DNA from: Candidatus Eiseniibacteriota bacterium
GTDB taxonomy: Bacteria; Eisenbacteria; RBG-16-71-46; JABDJR01
Direction: 5' to 3'
Assembly: GCA_963783375.1 (NCBI GenBank)
Contig: CAWANH010000028.1
Location: 800,001 to 864,000, forward strand
DNA length: 64,000 nucleotides
Shown: positions 1 through 10,364 of the stretch, in pieces
Layout of the letters: every line of letters starts with the position of its first letter
Position numbering within the stretch: position 1 is the stretch's first letter
The notes under the pieces: generated by a model
What the model saw: the letters and a program-made list of their open reading frames with translations, nothing else
The model's database searches: none
What the model was told of the DNA's origin: nothing
Position numbers and translations under genes: made by a program

Positions 1-2462
1 TTGGCCTCGACCCCGGTGATCTTCCGCTTGTCCACGTTGGCGGTCACCGTGATGGCGCGGCGTTTCTCGTCGTGCTTGATGGTGGCGTAGCCGGCCTCCT
101 CGCGGATATCGGCCACGTCCTTTAGGTACAGCCGCCGCCCGGTGGGGGTGACCACGATGAGATCGGACAGGTCGATCCGCTCGGAACGCGAGGCCTTGTC
201 GAGCCGCACCAGGACGTCGATGTCGTCGTCCCCCTCCAGGAACTGGGTGGCCACCCGCCCCTGGAAGGCGGCGTGCACGGTGGAGGCGACCTGGGCCACG
301 GTGAGGCCGTACATGGCCGCCTTCTCCTCGTCCACCTTGACCCGAAGCTCCGGGGTGGAGGCGAGGAAGTCGTCCCGGATGTCCTTCACCCCATCCATGC
401 CGGCCAGGCTCGTCTTCACCTCCTCGGCGGCCGCGCTCAACTCGTCGAGATGATCCCCGCGCACCTTCACCTCGACCGGCGCTCCGGTCGGCGGCCCCGA
501 ACTCACCCGATGGAACTCGATGGCCTGGATGCCGGGCACCCACTCGGCCTTCTCGCGCATCCGGTTCATGAGCTCCTCGACTTCGAACCGGCGGTCGTTC
601 TTGTCCCGGAGCTCCACCACCAGCTCGCCCACCGAGGGCTTCACGATCCACTCCCCCTCGGTCTCCTGCATCCCGGCCACCGAACGGACGTGCTTCAGGT
701 CCGAGCCGGGGATGCTCTCCCGGGCGATGCGCTCCAGCTTGGCCAGGGTGGCGTCGGTGGCGTCGAGCCGGGTTCCCTCGGGCATGGTTGCGTAGACGAA
801 GAAGAAGGGCACCTCCTCGTCGGCGAACATGTCCACCCCCACCGTGAACGCGATCGGGAGGCTGGCCAGGATGAGGAGGGTGGCTCCGCCCAGCACCCAG
901 TACCGCCGCCGGATGGTCCTGGCCAGGAGCCGCCGGTAGAGGTGGCGCACCCCGGAGAAGTCCACCAGCGGCCTCTCCCGTCGCTTCCGCTTGCCGCTCC
1001 ACTCGGCGACGTGGGAGGGGAGGATGAAGAACGACTCGAAGAGCGAGGCGGCCAGCGCCATGGAGACCACCCCGGGGATGATCCGCATGAAGTCCCCGAT
1101 CACTCCCGGGAGGAGCATGAGCGGGAGGAAGGCGGCCATGGTGGTGCCGGCGGAAGTGAGGACCGGCACCATGACCTCGCGGGTGCCGACAACCGCCGCC
1201 TGGCGGGCCGGCATGCCCAGCTCCATGTACCGGAAGCAGTTCTCGATCACCACGATGGCGTCGTCCACCAGCATTCCCAGGACCAGCACCAGGCCGAAGA
1301 GGGAGCTTCCGTTGACCGTGTGCCCGGTGAAGCGCAGGAAGACGAAGGTCAGGGCCAGGGCCACCGGGATCCCGACCACCGCGAACGCCGCCTGGCGCCA
1401 GCCCAGGAAGATGAACAGGGTCACCGCCACCAGGAGCATGCCCATCCACGCGTTCATCTTGAGGGTGGATAGGATATCCTTGATGAAGTCCGAGGAGTCG
1501 TTGGTGAAGGTGATCGCCGCTCCCGGGGGAAGCCGGGTCTCCCGGTATCCCTCCGCCACCTCCTTGATCCGGTCCACGATGGTGATGGAGTGGCCGTCCT
1601 GCTTCTTGGACACGGTCAGGGTGACCGACGGCTTTCCGTTGAACTTGGAGCGCGTCTCCTCCTCACGGAAGGTATCGGAGACCTTGGCCACGTCTCCTAC
1701 CCGCACCAGGCCGCCCCCCGGCGACGCCCGTACGATGACGTTTTGAAGCTCCTCGATCTTCTCCGCCTCCCCCATCGTCCGTACCCGGTAATCCATGCGT
1801 CCGGTCTGGAGATCGCCGCCGGTGAGGTTCAGGTGCTTGGACCCGATGGCCATGGCCACCTGGTCGAGGGAGAGCCCGAACCGCTCCAGCCGCGCCGGAT
1901 TGGCCTCCACCCAGACCTCGCGCTCCCGCACCCCGGAGATCTGCACCCGGGACACCTTGGGGATGTCCAGGATGTCGTCCTTCAGGTCCTCGGCGATCGC
2001 CTTCATCTGGTGCTCGGGGACGTCGCCGGTGATGACCACGCTCACCAGGGGGGCGAAGTCCTGGGTCTTGAACTGGCTCACGTCGGGCTCCTCGGCGGCG
2101 TCGGGGAGCCGGACCTTGTTGACCGCGGCCCGCACGTCCTGGAGCCGGAGCTGAAACTTGTCGTCGGGCATGGTCTCGAACTTGAGCCAGACGAACGCCC
2201 CGCCCTCCCGCGAGATCGAGGTCATGGCGTTCAGGTCGTCGACGTTCTGGAGTTCCTCCTCCAGGGGAACGGTGATCGTCTTCTCGATCTCCTCGGGGGA
2301 GACCCCGTAGTTCATCACCACCACGAAGGCCCAGGGGAAGGAGACGTTGGGGATCTGCTCCTGGGGGATGGTGGCGAGGGAGAACATGCCGAACGCGATG
2401 ATCGCCACCATCACCAGGTTCACCAGGACCGGGTTGGAAACCGACAGGCGCGGGGGCGACAT
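1..2462 (-). CDS. RND efflux transporter permease (AcrB/AcrD/AcrF family); 3' end runs off the window
   Basis: Manual translation from ATG at 2462 (TGATG overlap with the upstream gene): MSPPRLSVSNPVLVNLVMVAIIAFG...PEEIEKTITVPLEE...GMLVDDAIVVIEN. Not in the ORF track because there is no stop in the window. Confidence 0.93.
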   Translation of the reverse strand, partial: MSPPRLSVSNPVLVNLVMVAIIAFGMFSLATIPQEQIPNVSFPWAFVVVMNYGVSPEEIEKTITVPLEEELQNVDDLNAMTSISREGGAFVWLKFETMPDDKFQLRLQDVRAAVNKVRLPDAAEEPDVSQFKTQDFAPLVSVVITGDVPEHQMKAIAEDLKDDILDIPKVSRVQISGVREREVWVEANPARLERFGLSLDQVAMAIGSKHLNLTGGDLQTGRMDYRVRTMGEAEKIEELQNVIVRASPGGGLVRVGDVAKVSDTFREEETRSKFNGKPSVTLTVSKKQDGHSITIVDRIKEVAEGYRETRLPPGAAITFTNDSSDFIKDILSTLKMNAWMGMLLVAVTLFIFLGWRQAAFAVVGIPVALALTFVFLRFTGHTVNGSSLFGLVLVLGMLVDDAIVVIENCFRYMELGMPARQAAVVGTREVMVPVLTSAGTTMAAFLPLMLLPGVIGDFMRIIPGVVSMALAASLFESFFILPSHVAEWSGKRKRRERPLVDFSGVRHLYRRLLARTIRRRYWVLGGATLLILASLPIAFTVGVDMFADEEVPFFFVYATMPEGTRLDATDATLAKLERIARESIPGSDLKHVRSVAGMQETEGEWIVKPSVGELVVELRDKNDRRFEVEELMNRMREKAEWVPGIQAIEFHRVSSGPPTGAPVEVKVRGDHLDELSAAAEEVKTSLAGMDGVKDIRDDFLASTPELRVKVDEEKAAMYGLTVAQVASTVHAAFQGRVATQFLEGDDDIDVLVRLDKASRSERIDLSDLIVVTPTGRRLYLKDVADIREEAGYATIKHDEKRRAITVTANVDKRKITGVEA

Positions 2463-3589
2463 CAACGGACCTCCTCCACCCGGACCGGAACGCCGTCGGC
2501 GAGCCGGGCCTGGCCCAGCACCACCACCGAATCCCCCGCCGCCGCGCCCTGGAGAACCGCGACCATCTGGCCCGAGCGCGGCCCCAGGACCGCGGTCCGC
2601 GCGGCCGCCGCGCCGTCCACCACCACGTAGAAGAGGTTCCCGCCCTTCGACTCCACCAGCGCATCGACCGGGAGGAGGGGCGCCGCGTCGTATACCCGGT
2701 CGATGATCTCGCACCGGGCCACCATGCCGCCCTTGAGCGGATGCCCCTCGGGGTTCACGACCTCGATCTCCACCGGGAACTGCCCGCTCTCCGGATCGGC
2801 CTGGGGTCCGACCGCGGTCACGGCGCCGGTGAAGCTCCCGCCGGGGACCGCGTCCACGGTGAGGGCAACCGGGCTTCCCGGCTTCACCCGGGGGAGGTCT
2901 TCCTCGGAGATCGCCGCCTCCACCCGGACCCGGGCGATGTCCACCAGGCTGGTGAGCGGCGCGCCCAGCGACACCGAGGTGCCCACGTCGGGAAGGCGCG
3001 AGGCCACTTCCCCGGCGAAGGGGGCGCGAAGCCGGGCCCCAGCCAGGTTCTTCCTGGCCTGCTCCACCGCGGCGTCCGCGGCGGCGGCGGCGGCTTCGGC
3101 CTGGGCGTGGAAGGCGCGGGCCCCCTCCATCTCGCTGTCCGAGATCGTGCCCTGGCCGTAGAGGGCCTGGGCGCGGTCGAGATCGCGCTTCGCCTTGTCC
3201 CGGGCGATGTGGGCGGCCTCCGCCGAGGCCTCCGATTCGCGAACCCGGGCGTCATGGAGGCCGGGGTCGATTTCGATCAGCACGCGGCCGGCCTCGACCC
3301 GCTCCCCGAGCTTCGCCCCGACCGCGGCCACCCGGCCCGAGACCTCGGCGGTGAACTTCGCCTCCCGGCTCGGCCTCACCGTTCCCCAGGCGCGGACCGA
3401 AGCCTGGGCGCGGCCGGCGGCGAGGACGTGGACGGCCACCGGCACCGGCCGACGGACCCCGGTGGTGTCGGCGGCGGCGTTCTCCGTTTCCCCGCCTCTT
3501 CCGCAGGCGACCAGGGCGGCGGTGGCACCCAGCAGGGCGGCGGCGAGGACCGCGGACTTCAGGGTAAGGACGCGCCGTGGGAACAGCAT
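2462..3589 (-). CDS. RND periplasmic adaptor (membrane fusion protein), lipoprotein
   Basis: LVAC lipobox, AEVSGRV...G..V..G lipoyl-like motif, coiled coil, LRAPFAG; coupled to the permease. Confidence 0.92.
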   Translation of the reverse strand: MLFPRRVLTLKSAVLAAALLGATAALVACGRGGETENAAADTTGVRRPVPVAVHVLAAGRAQASVRAWGTVRPSREAKFTAEVSGRVAAVGAKLGERVEAGRVLIEIDPGLHDARVRESEASAEAAHIARDKAKRDLDRAQALYGQGTISDSEMEGARAFHAQAEAAAAAADAAVEQARKNLAGARLRAPFAGEVASRLPDVGTSVSLGAPLTSLVDIARVRVEAAISEEDLPRVKPGSPVALTVDAVPGGSFTGAVTAVGPQADPESGQFPVEIEVVNPEGHPLKGGMVARCEIIDRVYDAAPLLPVDALVESKGGNLFYVVVDGAAAARTAVLGPRSGQMVAVLQGAAAGDSVVVLGQARLADGVPVRVEEVR

Positions 3590-3682
3590 GGTTCAACCCT
3601 CCCGGCCGGGCCGGTTGGAATGCGATTCAGGACGCCGGGCTGGGGGAGGGTCGCGGCGCGTCACCGCCTCGACCCCGGGGGA

Positions 3683-4066
3683 TTACTCGTCCTCGCTGTA
3701 CGTCACACAGGAATCCGGGGTTTCGAAGATCCGCACCGCCGCCAGCCCCGCCCGTCCTCCGCTCGCTTCGGCGATCTTCGACTTGAGCTCCCCGTAAAAC
3801 CAGGCCGCCACCGCCTCCGCGGTGGGGTTCACCTCGTCGAAGGGGGGGACCTGGTTCAGGTTCCGATGGTCCACGCGATCGATGAGGGGTCCGAGGACCC
3901 GGTCCAGGGCGACGAAGTCCAGGAGCATGCGCTGGGCGTCGAGTTCCTCCCCCCGCACCACGATCTCCACCCGGTAGTTGTGGCCGTGATTGCGGGAGCA
4001 GGGGCCGTCGTAGTCCCGAAGGGAGTGGGCGGCGGCGAACTCGGCGGTCTTTTGAATCTCGTACAT
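3683..4066 (-). CDS. queD: 6-carboxy-5,6,7,8-tetrahydropterin synthase
   Basis: FAAAH, CSRNHGHNY, DH.NLN, NPTAE and ETP motifs. Confidence 0.92.
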   Translation of the reverse strand: MYEIQKTAEFAAAHSLRDYDGPCSRNHGHNYRVEIVVRGEELDAQRMLLDFVALDRVLGPLIDRVDHRNLNQVPPFDEVNPTAEAVAAWFYGELKSKIAEASGGRAGLAAVRIFETPDSCVTYSEDE

Positions 4067-4341
4067 GATCGTGGCTTCCGCGGCTCGGGGCCGCCGTCAC
4101 ACACCCCGTTGTTCCACAACAAGTTGAAGTTTCAGGGGCGGGGACCCGGGCCTCCGGGGCCCGCCTTTCGACCGGGGGGGTCGCAGTATACCATCCCCCG
4201 GGGCCGCCACGCCGCGAGGGAGCCTTGCGTCCTCCTGCCGCCGACCGGGATGGGCCGGACGGGCCCCCCCCGGCGGGGCTCCCCGTTGACACCCCTCCCC
4301 ACCGCGGCGAGACTCGGCGCCCGTACCCCCGAGGAGATCCC

Positions 4342-5661
4342 ATGGTGACCACATCCCCGCCCAAGCGCACGCTTCCGGGCCGGCTCGGGTCGCGAACCGT
4401 GCGCGGGATCGCCCTCGGGATCTTCGGCCTGGTCGTGGCGGTGCTCCTGGTCCAGACCCTCCACAAGGCCTCCCGTCCCGGCGGCTACGACTTCACCAGC
4501 TACCTTGCTTCGGCGCGGGCGCTCTGGCACGGAGAGAATCCCTATGTCACCGACACGCCCTTCCCCTACATCTATCCCCTGACCCTCGCCTTCGCCCTCG
4601 GGCCCCTCACCCTGATCCCGCCCCGGCTCGCCGACGGGATCTGGTTCGCCCTGAACCTGGGCGCGGTGGCCTGGGCGGTTCGGCTCGTTCTGGAGGCGAA
4701 CGCGCCGCGGCTCGGGGTTCGCCGGTTGGGGGCGTTGTCCGCGCCGCTGGTCCTTCTCTTCCTGCTTCTGCTCGCCCCGATCCAGAACAATCTCCTGAAC
4801 GGGCAGGTGAATCCGGTGGTCCTGCTTCTCTGCGCGCTCTTCCTCCGGGCCTACCTCCGCGGATCCCGCCTCGCGGCCACCGCTTTCCTGGGGCTGGCCG
4901 CCGCGATCAAGCTGGTGCCCCTGGTCTTTCTCCTCTTCCTGCTCGTCCGCCGCGATTTCCGCGCCTTCGGGCTCGCCCTCGCCTGGACCGTCTTCTTCTG
5001 CTTCCTACCGGCGGCGGTGGCGGGCGGCCACCTCCTCCCCTGGTATCGAAGCTACGTCCACGCGTTTCTCCTGGAACGGGCGGCGGGGGCGACGTCGTCC
5101 TCGGTTTACTTCACTCCCGCCGGGTTCCTCTCCGCGCTGGTTCCCGACCTGGCCGGCCACCTCTGGGTGTCCGCCCTGTCGGCTTTCGGCGTGATCACGG
5201 CGCTCCTTCTCCTCGACCGGGACCCCGAACGCCCCGCCGCCGCGGCCTGGAACTTCAACCTGTATCTCCTGGCCATCCTGCTCCTCTCGCCCATGTCCGA
5301 ACGCCACCACCTGCTCTTTCTGGCCCCACCCGCCGTCCTCGCCACCTTGGGTCTCTGGCTCGTCCCGCCCTGGCGCACGCGGGGCGCGTGGATCGCCGCC
5401 GTCCTGTTCTGGGCGCTGCTCTTCGCCGGCGGCGCCGACAAGCACGGGCCGTACTATTTTCTGGCCGTGGCCGCGTTGTTCTACCTCACCGCGTGGCTGG
5501 GCACGGGCCGTCGCGCCCGCCTCGCCGAGGCCTCGGGGGAGAGGGTTTCCCCCCTCCGGGGGTCGGCTAGAATGGTTCCTTCCAACCGCAACCCGACCGG
5601 CAATCCAAAGGATGTTTCATGGCGTTCGATCTCTTCAGCGGCCTTCCCAACCCGCTTCTGA
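4342..5661 (+). CDS. GT87/DUF2029-like polytopic membrane glycosyltransferase
   Basis: DFTSY...G.NPY...YIYP, NGQVN and IKL.P motifs; many TM segments; GAGGAG RBS before ATG 4342. Confidence 0.8.
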   Translation: MVTTSPPKRTLPGRLGSRTVRGIALGIFGLVVAVLLVQTLHKASRPGGYDFTSYLASARALWHGENPYVTDTPFPYIYPLTLAFALGPLTLIPPRLADGIWFALNLGAVAWAVRLVLEANAPRLGVRRLGALSAPLVLLFLLLLAPIQNNLLNGQVNPVVLLLCALFLRAYLRGSRLAATAFLGLAAAIKLVPLVFLLFLLVRRDFRAFGLALAWTVFFCFLPAAVAGGHLLPWYRSYVHAFLLERAAGATSSSVYFTPAGFLSALVPDLAGHLWVSALSAFGVITALLLLDRDPERPAAAAWNFNLYLLAILLLSPMSERHHLLFLAPPAVLATLGLWLVPPWRTRGAWIAAVLFWALLFAGGADKHGPYYFLAVAALFYLTAWLGTGRRARLAEASGERVSPLRGSARMVPSNRNPTGNPKDVSWRSISSAAFPTRF

Positions 5662-6479
5662 CCAAGCCCTTCGCGGTGATCGACTTCGAGACCACCGGGC
5701 TCTACCCGGCGGTGGGGGACGAGATCGTGGAGATCGGCCTGGCCCGGGTGGAGAACGGCGAGTTCGTGAAGGAGTTCTCCGAGCTGGTGGATCCCGGACG
5801 GGAGATGGACCCCGTCGCGGCCCAGGTGAGCGGGATCACCGCGGAGATGCTGGGGGGGAAGCCGCGCTTCGAGGAGGTGGCCGACGCGTTCCTGACCCTT
5901 CTCGACGGCGCGATCATCGTGGCCCACAACGCCGAATTCGACATGGCGTTCCTCCAGTACAAGCTGGAGAAGATGGGGCGCACCCAGCTCCCGAACCCGG
6001 TCATGGATACCCTGGAGCTGGCCCGGGCCCAGGACGATCCCGGCCCGTTCTCCCTGGGAGTCCTGGCCAACCGGCTGGGGATCGAGGGGCCGCACGCCCA
6101 TCGCGCCCTGGACGACGCGCGCATGGCCGGACAGGTCCTCCTCAAGTACCTCGAGGAGTACCACAAGCGTGGCCAGGACGACATCACCCGGATCCCCGGC
6201 TACCGCACCTCCTATCAGTTCGCCATCGGGGGGCCGGGACGCGGCGAGGACAACAGCTTCCAGACGGTGGTGGAGAACATCCGCCGGGCCATCGCCGCCC
6301 ACGCCGACCTGGAGATCGCCTATCGAGGCTCCGGCGGCCAGACCCGCCGTCGCGTCACCCCCAAGGACATCCGGGGGATGAGCATGCGGGCCTACTGCCA
6401 CCTCCGCGAGGAGGACCGGGACTTCCGGCTGGACCGGATCCTGGAGTGCGCGGAGGTTGCGGCCAAGCCGGGTAGCTAG
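5619..6479 (+). CDS. DEDDh 3'-5' exonuclease (DnaQ-like) with C-terminal WYL-like domain
   Basis: IDFETTG, AHNAEFD, HRALDDA; C-terminus IAY...TRRRVTP...AYCHLREEDRDFRLDRI. Confidence 0.88.
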   Translation: MAFDLFSGLPNPLLTKPFAVIDFETTGLYPAVGDEIVEIGLARVENGEFVKEFSELVDPGREMDPVAAQVSGITAEMLGGKPRFEEVADAFLTLLDGAIIVAHNAEFDMAFLQYKLEKMGRTQLPNPVMDTLELARAQDDPGPFSLGVLANRLGIEGPHAHRALDDARMAGQVLLKYLEEYHKRGQDDITRIPGYRTSYQFAIGGPGRGEDNSFQTVVENIRRAIAAHADLEIAYRGSGGQTRRRVTPKDIRGMSMRAYCHLREEDRDFRLDRILECAEVAAKPGS

Positions 6480-6549
6480 GCCTCCGCCGCCTTCGCCTCC
6501 CGCCGGTCCGCCACCTTGGCGGTGATCCGGTCTACGAGCCGGCGGGGTC

Positions 6550-7047
6550 CTATCCCTTGCCCCGCTGTTCCTCCAGGGTTCGGCGAAGGATCGGCAGGAC
6601 CGCGAGATCCCGCTCGGTCCCCATGCTCTCCTTGAGTTCGATGAGGGTCGGCAGATCCACGACGTGGATGGGCACGCCGTCGTCGATCTCCAGGATCACG
6701 GATCGGGGCAGAAGCTCTTCGAATCCCCGGCCGTCCCTTACCCTCCCCAGCACATCGAGCGGCCCTGCCCTGGTGATCAGGAGGTGGTGCCCCGGCGACG
6801 TGAGGCGGTTCGGATCGGGGTGGAGGGATTGGTCCGGGCGTTCCCGGTAGCGCGCGTCGAGTTCGGACAGCGCATCGGCAAGTCGACGGCAATTTGCGGC
6901 CGATCGCGCATGCACGATATCCAGGTCGAAGGTCGATACCGGCGCCCCATGGAGCACGGCCGATACCCCCCCGATCACGATGAACTCCACATCGTGGGCG
7001 TGGAGCGCGCGCAGGGCGCCGACGAAGTCAGGGGCGACGTCTGGCAC
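6550..7047 (-). CDS. Putative nucleotidyltransferase (Pol-beta superfamily)
   Basis: IGGVSAVLHG...TFDLDI motif; LIELK...ERD C-terminus. Confidence 0.75.
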   Translation of the reverse strand: MPDVAPDFVGALRALHAHDVEFIVIGGVSAVLHGAPVSTFDLDIVHARSAANCRRLADALSELDARYRERPDQSLHPDPNRLTSPGHHLLITRAGPLDVLGRVRDGRGFEELLPRSVILEIDDGVPIHVVDLPTLIELKESMGTERDLAVLPILRRTLEEQRGKG

Positions 7048-7204
7048 GGCGGAGTTCGATGATCGCGCGGGCGTTCCGTTGGAGCGCGTCCAGCCGCTCC
7101 GCGGGGGTGAGGGAGAGCATCCAGCGGATCAGGCTCACGTCCACCCCGTCGCCGCGCGGCGGAGCCGGGGGCCGGTCGGTTTCTTGATTCGCCTGAACGT
7201 CCAT
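7028..7204 (-). CDS. 58-aa small protein overlapping the nucleotidyltransferase start
   Basis: Manual translation MDVQANQETDRPPAPPRGDGVDVSLIRWMLSLTPAERLDALQRNARAIIELRRARRRP; below the ORF-track size cutoff. Confidence 0.7.
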   Translation of the reverse strand: MDVQANQETDRPPAPPRGDGVDVSLIRWMLSLTPAERLDALQRNARAIIELRRARRRP

Positions 7205-7244
7205 GATGGAGCAAGAATACCACCGCGCCGGCGCCCGGTGGGGA

Positions 7245-10200
7245 TCACGCCTCCGCTGTTTTCGCCTCCCGCCGGTCCCGCCGGCCCTGGACGGTGAACC
7301 GGTCGAGCATGGTGTAGAGCACCGGGATCAGGTAGAGGGACAGCACCCCCGAAGCCAGGATCCCGCCCATGGTCACCACCGCCATGGCCACGGTGTAGGC
7401 CGCGCCCGCGCCGCCCACCGCCTGGGGGAGGATGCCGGCCAGGATGGCCATCGTGGTCATCACGATCGGGCGCAAGCGCCCCGGCGAGGCCTCGGCGATT
7501 GCCTCCACCGCGTTCTTCCCCCTGGCCCGGAGCTGGCTCGCCAGATCCAATATCAGGATCGCGTTGTTCACCACGATCCCCACCAGCATCACCACCGCCA
7601 TGAGCGAGAAGATGTTGATGGTGGCTCCGGTGAGGAACAGGGACCAAGCCACCCCGACCAGGCCCAGGGGCAGGGTGAACATGATGGTGAAGGGGTGGAT
7701 GAACGATTCCAGGATCGCGGCCAGGATCAGGTAGGTGAGCACGATGGCCAGGATCAGGGCCCTGAAGATCTGGGTGAACGACTCCCCGAGGTTCTCGAAC
7801 TGGCCCGAGTACTCCACGTGGTAGCCGGCGGGGATGTTCATGGCCGCCACCCTGGCCTGGATGGCGTTCACCTTCTCCACCAGGGTCCCCGAACCGATGT
7901 TGGCGCTCACGCTGACCATGCGCTCCTTGTTCTTGCGGGTGATCTCGGCCAGGCCCCGCCGCCGGCCCAGGTCCCCCAGGGCGTCCAGGGGAACCGGTCC
8001 GGTCGCGCCGGAGAACCGCACCCGGGGAAGGGTGGTCAGCTGCCCGCGCTCGGAGGGCGTCATGCGCACGCGGATGTCGTACTCCTCCCCCGCCTCGCGG
8101 TACTTCGAGGCCACCGTTCCCTCGTACAGCGTCCGGAGCTCGCCCCCGACCCCGGCCAGGGCCAGCATGCGGTCCGCCATCTCCTGGCGATCGGGACGGA
8201 ACACGATCTCGGGCTTGCCGGGCTTGGCGCTCGAGTTGACGTCCACCAGCCCGGGAATCGAGGCCATGGCGTCGTTCAGGCTGTCGGCGATGGCGCGGAT
8301 GGTGTCGAGCTCGGGTCCGAGCACCTCCACCACGATGTCCTGCTGGTTTCCCCCGAATTCCGAGGCGATCTGCACCTGGATGTCGGCGGCGGGGAGGCCG
8401 GCCAACCGGGTCCGGAGATCGTTCATGATCTCCTGGATCCCGCGCTTTCGCTCCGCGGCCGGGGTGAGACGGATGGTGAGGTCGCCGACCTCCACCCCCT
8501 GGTTGTCGCCCCCCACGGTGAGCAGCACGGCATCGATCTCGGGCACGTGCTTCCGGGCGACGTCCTGGATCTCCGACAGCACGTCGTGGGTCTGGTCCAG
8601 GGTGCTCCCCGCGGGAAGGGTCACCGCCACCTGGATGAACCCGGCGTCGGATTGGGGGAGGAACTCCCCACCGACCCACTTGAAGAGCATCAGGCTGCCC
8701 ACGAACACCACGGTGACGAGGATGAGGGTGCGGAGCCGGTGTCCGAGCGACCAGATCACGCTTCGCCGGTAACCCGCCTCCACCTTCCGGTAACCCGCGT
8801 CCCATGCCTTGGCCAACCGGAGGAACGGAGCCTCCAGGACGGCCAGGCCCCGGCGGTGTCCGGCCACACGCTTCGCCTGCTCCTCCTTGGACTTGAGCAC
8901 CTTCGCCGCCAGCATGGGGGTCAGGGTGAAGCTCACGAAGAGCGAGAACACGGTGGCGAACACCACGGTGAGCCCGAACTGGACGAAGAACTGGCCGATG
9001 ATCCCGCCCATGAAGGCGATGGGGGTGAACACCACGATGTTGGTCATGGCGGTGGCGGCCACCGCGATGGCGATCTCGTCGGTCCCCTTCTGGGCGGCGG
9101 TGGGCGGATCTTCCCCCAGGTCGTCGATGTGGCTCTGGATGCTTTCCAGCACCACGATGGCGTTGGTGACCAGCACCCCGATGGAGATCCCCAAGGCCAG
9201 CAGGGTCATGATGTTGATGGTGAAGTGCGCGAAGTCGAGCAGCAGGAAGGTGGCGATGATCGAGGTGGGCATGGCCACCGCCGCCACCAGGGTGGTCCGG
9301 AGGTTGTGGAGGAAGAGGTAGAGGATGATGGTGGTGAGGAGGATCCCGATCAGGATGTTCACCAGCACGTCGTGGACCGCCTGGCGGATGAAGGTCGAGT
9401 TGTCCCTAATGATCTCGATCTTCATGCCCTCGGGAAGCTGCCGGTTGAGCGCGGCCACCCGGGTCCGCACCGCGTCTGCGGTTCCTACCGTGTTGGCGTC
9501 GGTCCGCTTCTGGATGGACAGCGCCACCGCGTTCCGGCCGTCGGCCTCGGCCAGGTCCCGCGGCTCCACCGAGCCGTCCACCACCCGGGCCACGTCCTCC
9601 ACCCGCACCGTCTTGGGGGAGCCGGGCATGTTGACCGGAAGCCGGCGGAGCTGGTTCAGGTCGGAGAATTCGCCGAGCACCCGGAGGGTGTACTCCTGGT
9701 TCGGCCGCTCGAGCAATCCGGCGGGGACGCTCAGGTTCTCCCGGGCGATGGTGGAGGTGACCCGGCTCGCGTCCAGCCCGTAGGCGGCCAGCTTCTCCGG
9801 ATCCACGTCCACGTGGATCTCGCGCTCATTTCCTCCCACGATGCTCACCGAAGCCACGCCGGGGGCCTGGGAAAGCTGGTCCTTGAGCTGCTTGTCCGCC
9901 ACCCGGTAGAGCTCGCGCCCGGACTGGGGCCCGGTCAGGGCCAGGTTCATGATGGGAAGCGAGTTGACGTCGAACTTCACCACCGCAGGTTTCTTGGCGT
10001 CGGTGGGAAGGTCGTTCACCACCGCGTCGACCTTCTCCTTGACGTCGATCGCCGCGAGGTCCACGTCCGTCCCGATCTGGAACTCGATCAGGAGCAGCGA
10101 GAGTCCCTCGCGATTGATGGAGTCGAGCCGTTTGATGTTGGCCAGGGTCGAGACCGCGTCCTCGATCTTCTTCGAAACCTGGCTCTCGACCTCCTCCGGC

Positions 10201-10364
10201 CCCGCCCCCGGATAGATGGTGGTCACGGTGACGAAGGGGAACTCCACGTTGGGGAAGAGGTCCACCACCAGGCGGAGGTAGGCGAAGATCCCGAGCACCA
10301 GGAAGATGAGGACGATCACCGTGGTGAGGACGGGGCGGCGGACCGCCATGCGGGAGAGAATCAC
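7245..10364 (-). CDS. RND efflux transporter permease (AcrB family)
   Basis: 1039 aa; YPGAGPEEVE, GIVVNNAILILD, RLRPIVMTT. Confidence 0.95.
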   Translation of the reverse strand: MILSRMAVRRPVLTTVIVLIFLVLGIFAYLRLVVDLFPNVEFPFVTVTTIYPGAGPEEVESQVSKKIEDAVSTLANIKRLDSINREGLSLLLIEFQIGTDVDLAAIDVKEKVDAVVNDLPTDAKKPAVVKFDVNSLPIMNLALTGPQSGRELYRVADKQLKDQLSQAPGVASVSIVGGNEREIHVDVDPEKLAAYGLDASRVTSTIARENLSVPAGLLERPNQEYTLRVLGEFSDLNQLRRLPVNMPGSPKTVRVEDVARVVDGSVEPRDLAEADGRNAVALSIQKRTDANTVGTADAVRTRVAALNRQLPEGMKIEIIRDNSTFIRQAVHDVLVNILIGILLTTIILYLFLHNLRTTLVAAVAMPTSIIATFLLLDFAHFTINIMTLLALGISIGVLVTNAIVVLESIQSHIDDLGEDPPTAAQKGTDEIAIAVAATAMTNIVVFTPIAFMGGIIGQFFVQFGLTVVFATVFSLFVSFTLTPMLAAKVLKSKEEQAKRVAGHRRGLAVLEAPFLRLAKAWDAGYRKVEAGYRRSVIWSLGHRLRTLILVTVVFVGSLMLFKWVGGEFLPQSDAGFIQVAVTLPAGSTLDQTHDVLSEIQDVARKHVPEIDAVLLTVGGDNQGVEVGDLTIRLTPAAERKRGIQEIMNDLRTRLAGLPAADIQVQIASEFGGNQQDIVVEVLGPELDTIRAIADSLNDAMASIPGLVDVNSSAKPGKPEIVFRPDRQEMADRMLALAGVGGELRTLYEGTVASKYREAGEEYDIRVRMTPSERGQLTTLPRVRFSGATGPVPLDALGDLGRRRGLAEITRKNKERMVSVSANIGSGTLVEKVNAIQARVAAMNIPAGYHVEYSGQFENLGESFTQIFRALILAIVLTYLILAAILESFIHPFTIMFTLPLGLVGVAWSLFLTGATINIFSLMAVVMLVGIVVNNAILILDLASQLRARGKNAVEAIAEASPGRLRPIVMTTMAILAGILPQAVGGAGAAYTVAMAVVTMGGILASGVLSLYLIPVLYTMLDRFTVQGRRDRREAKTAEA

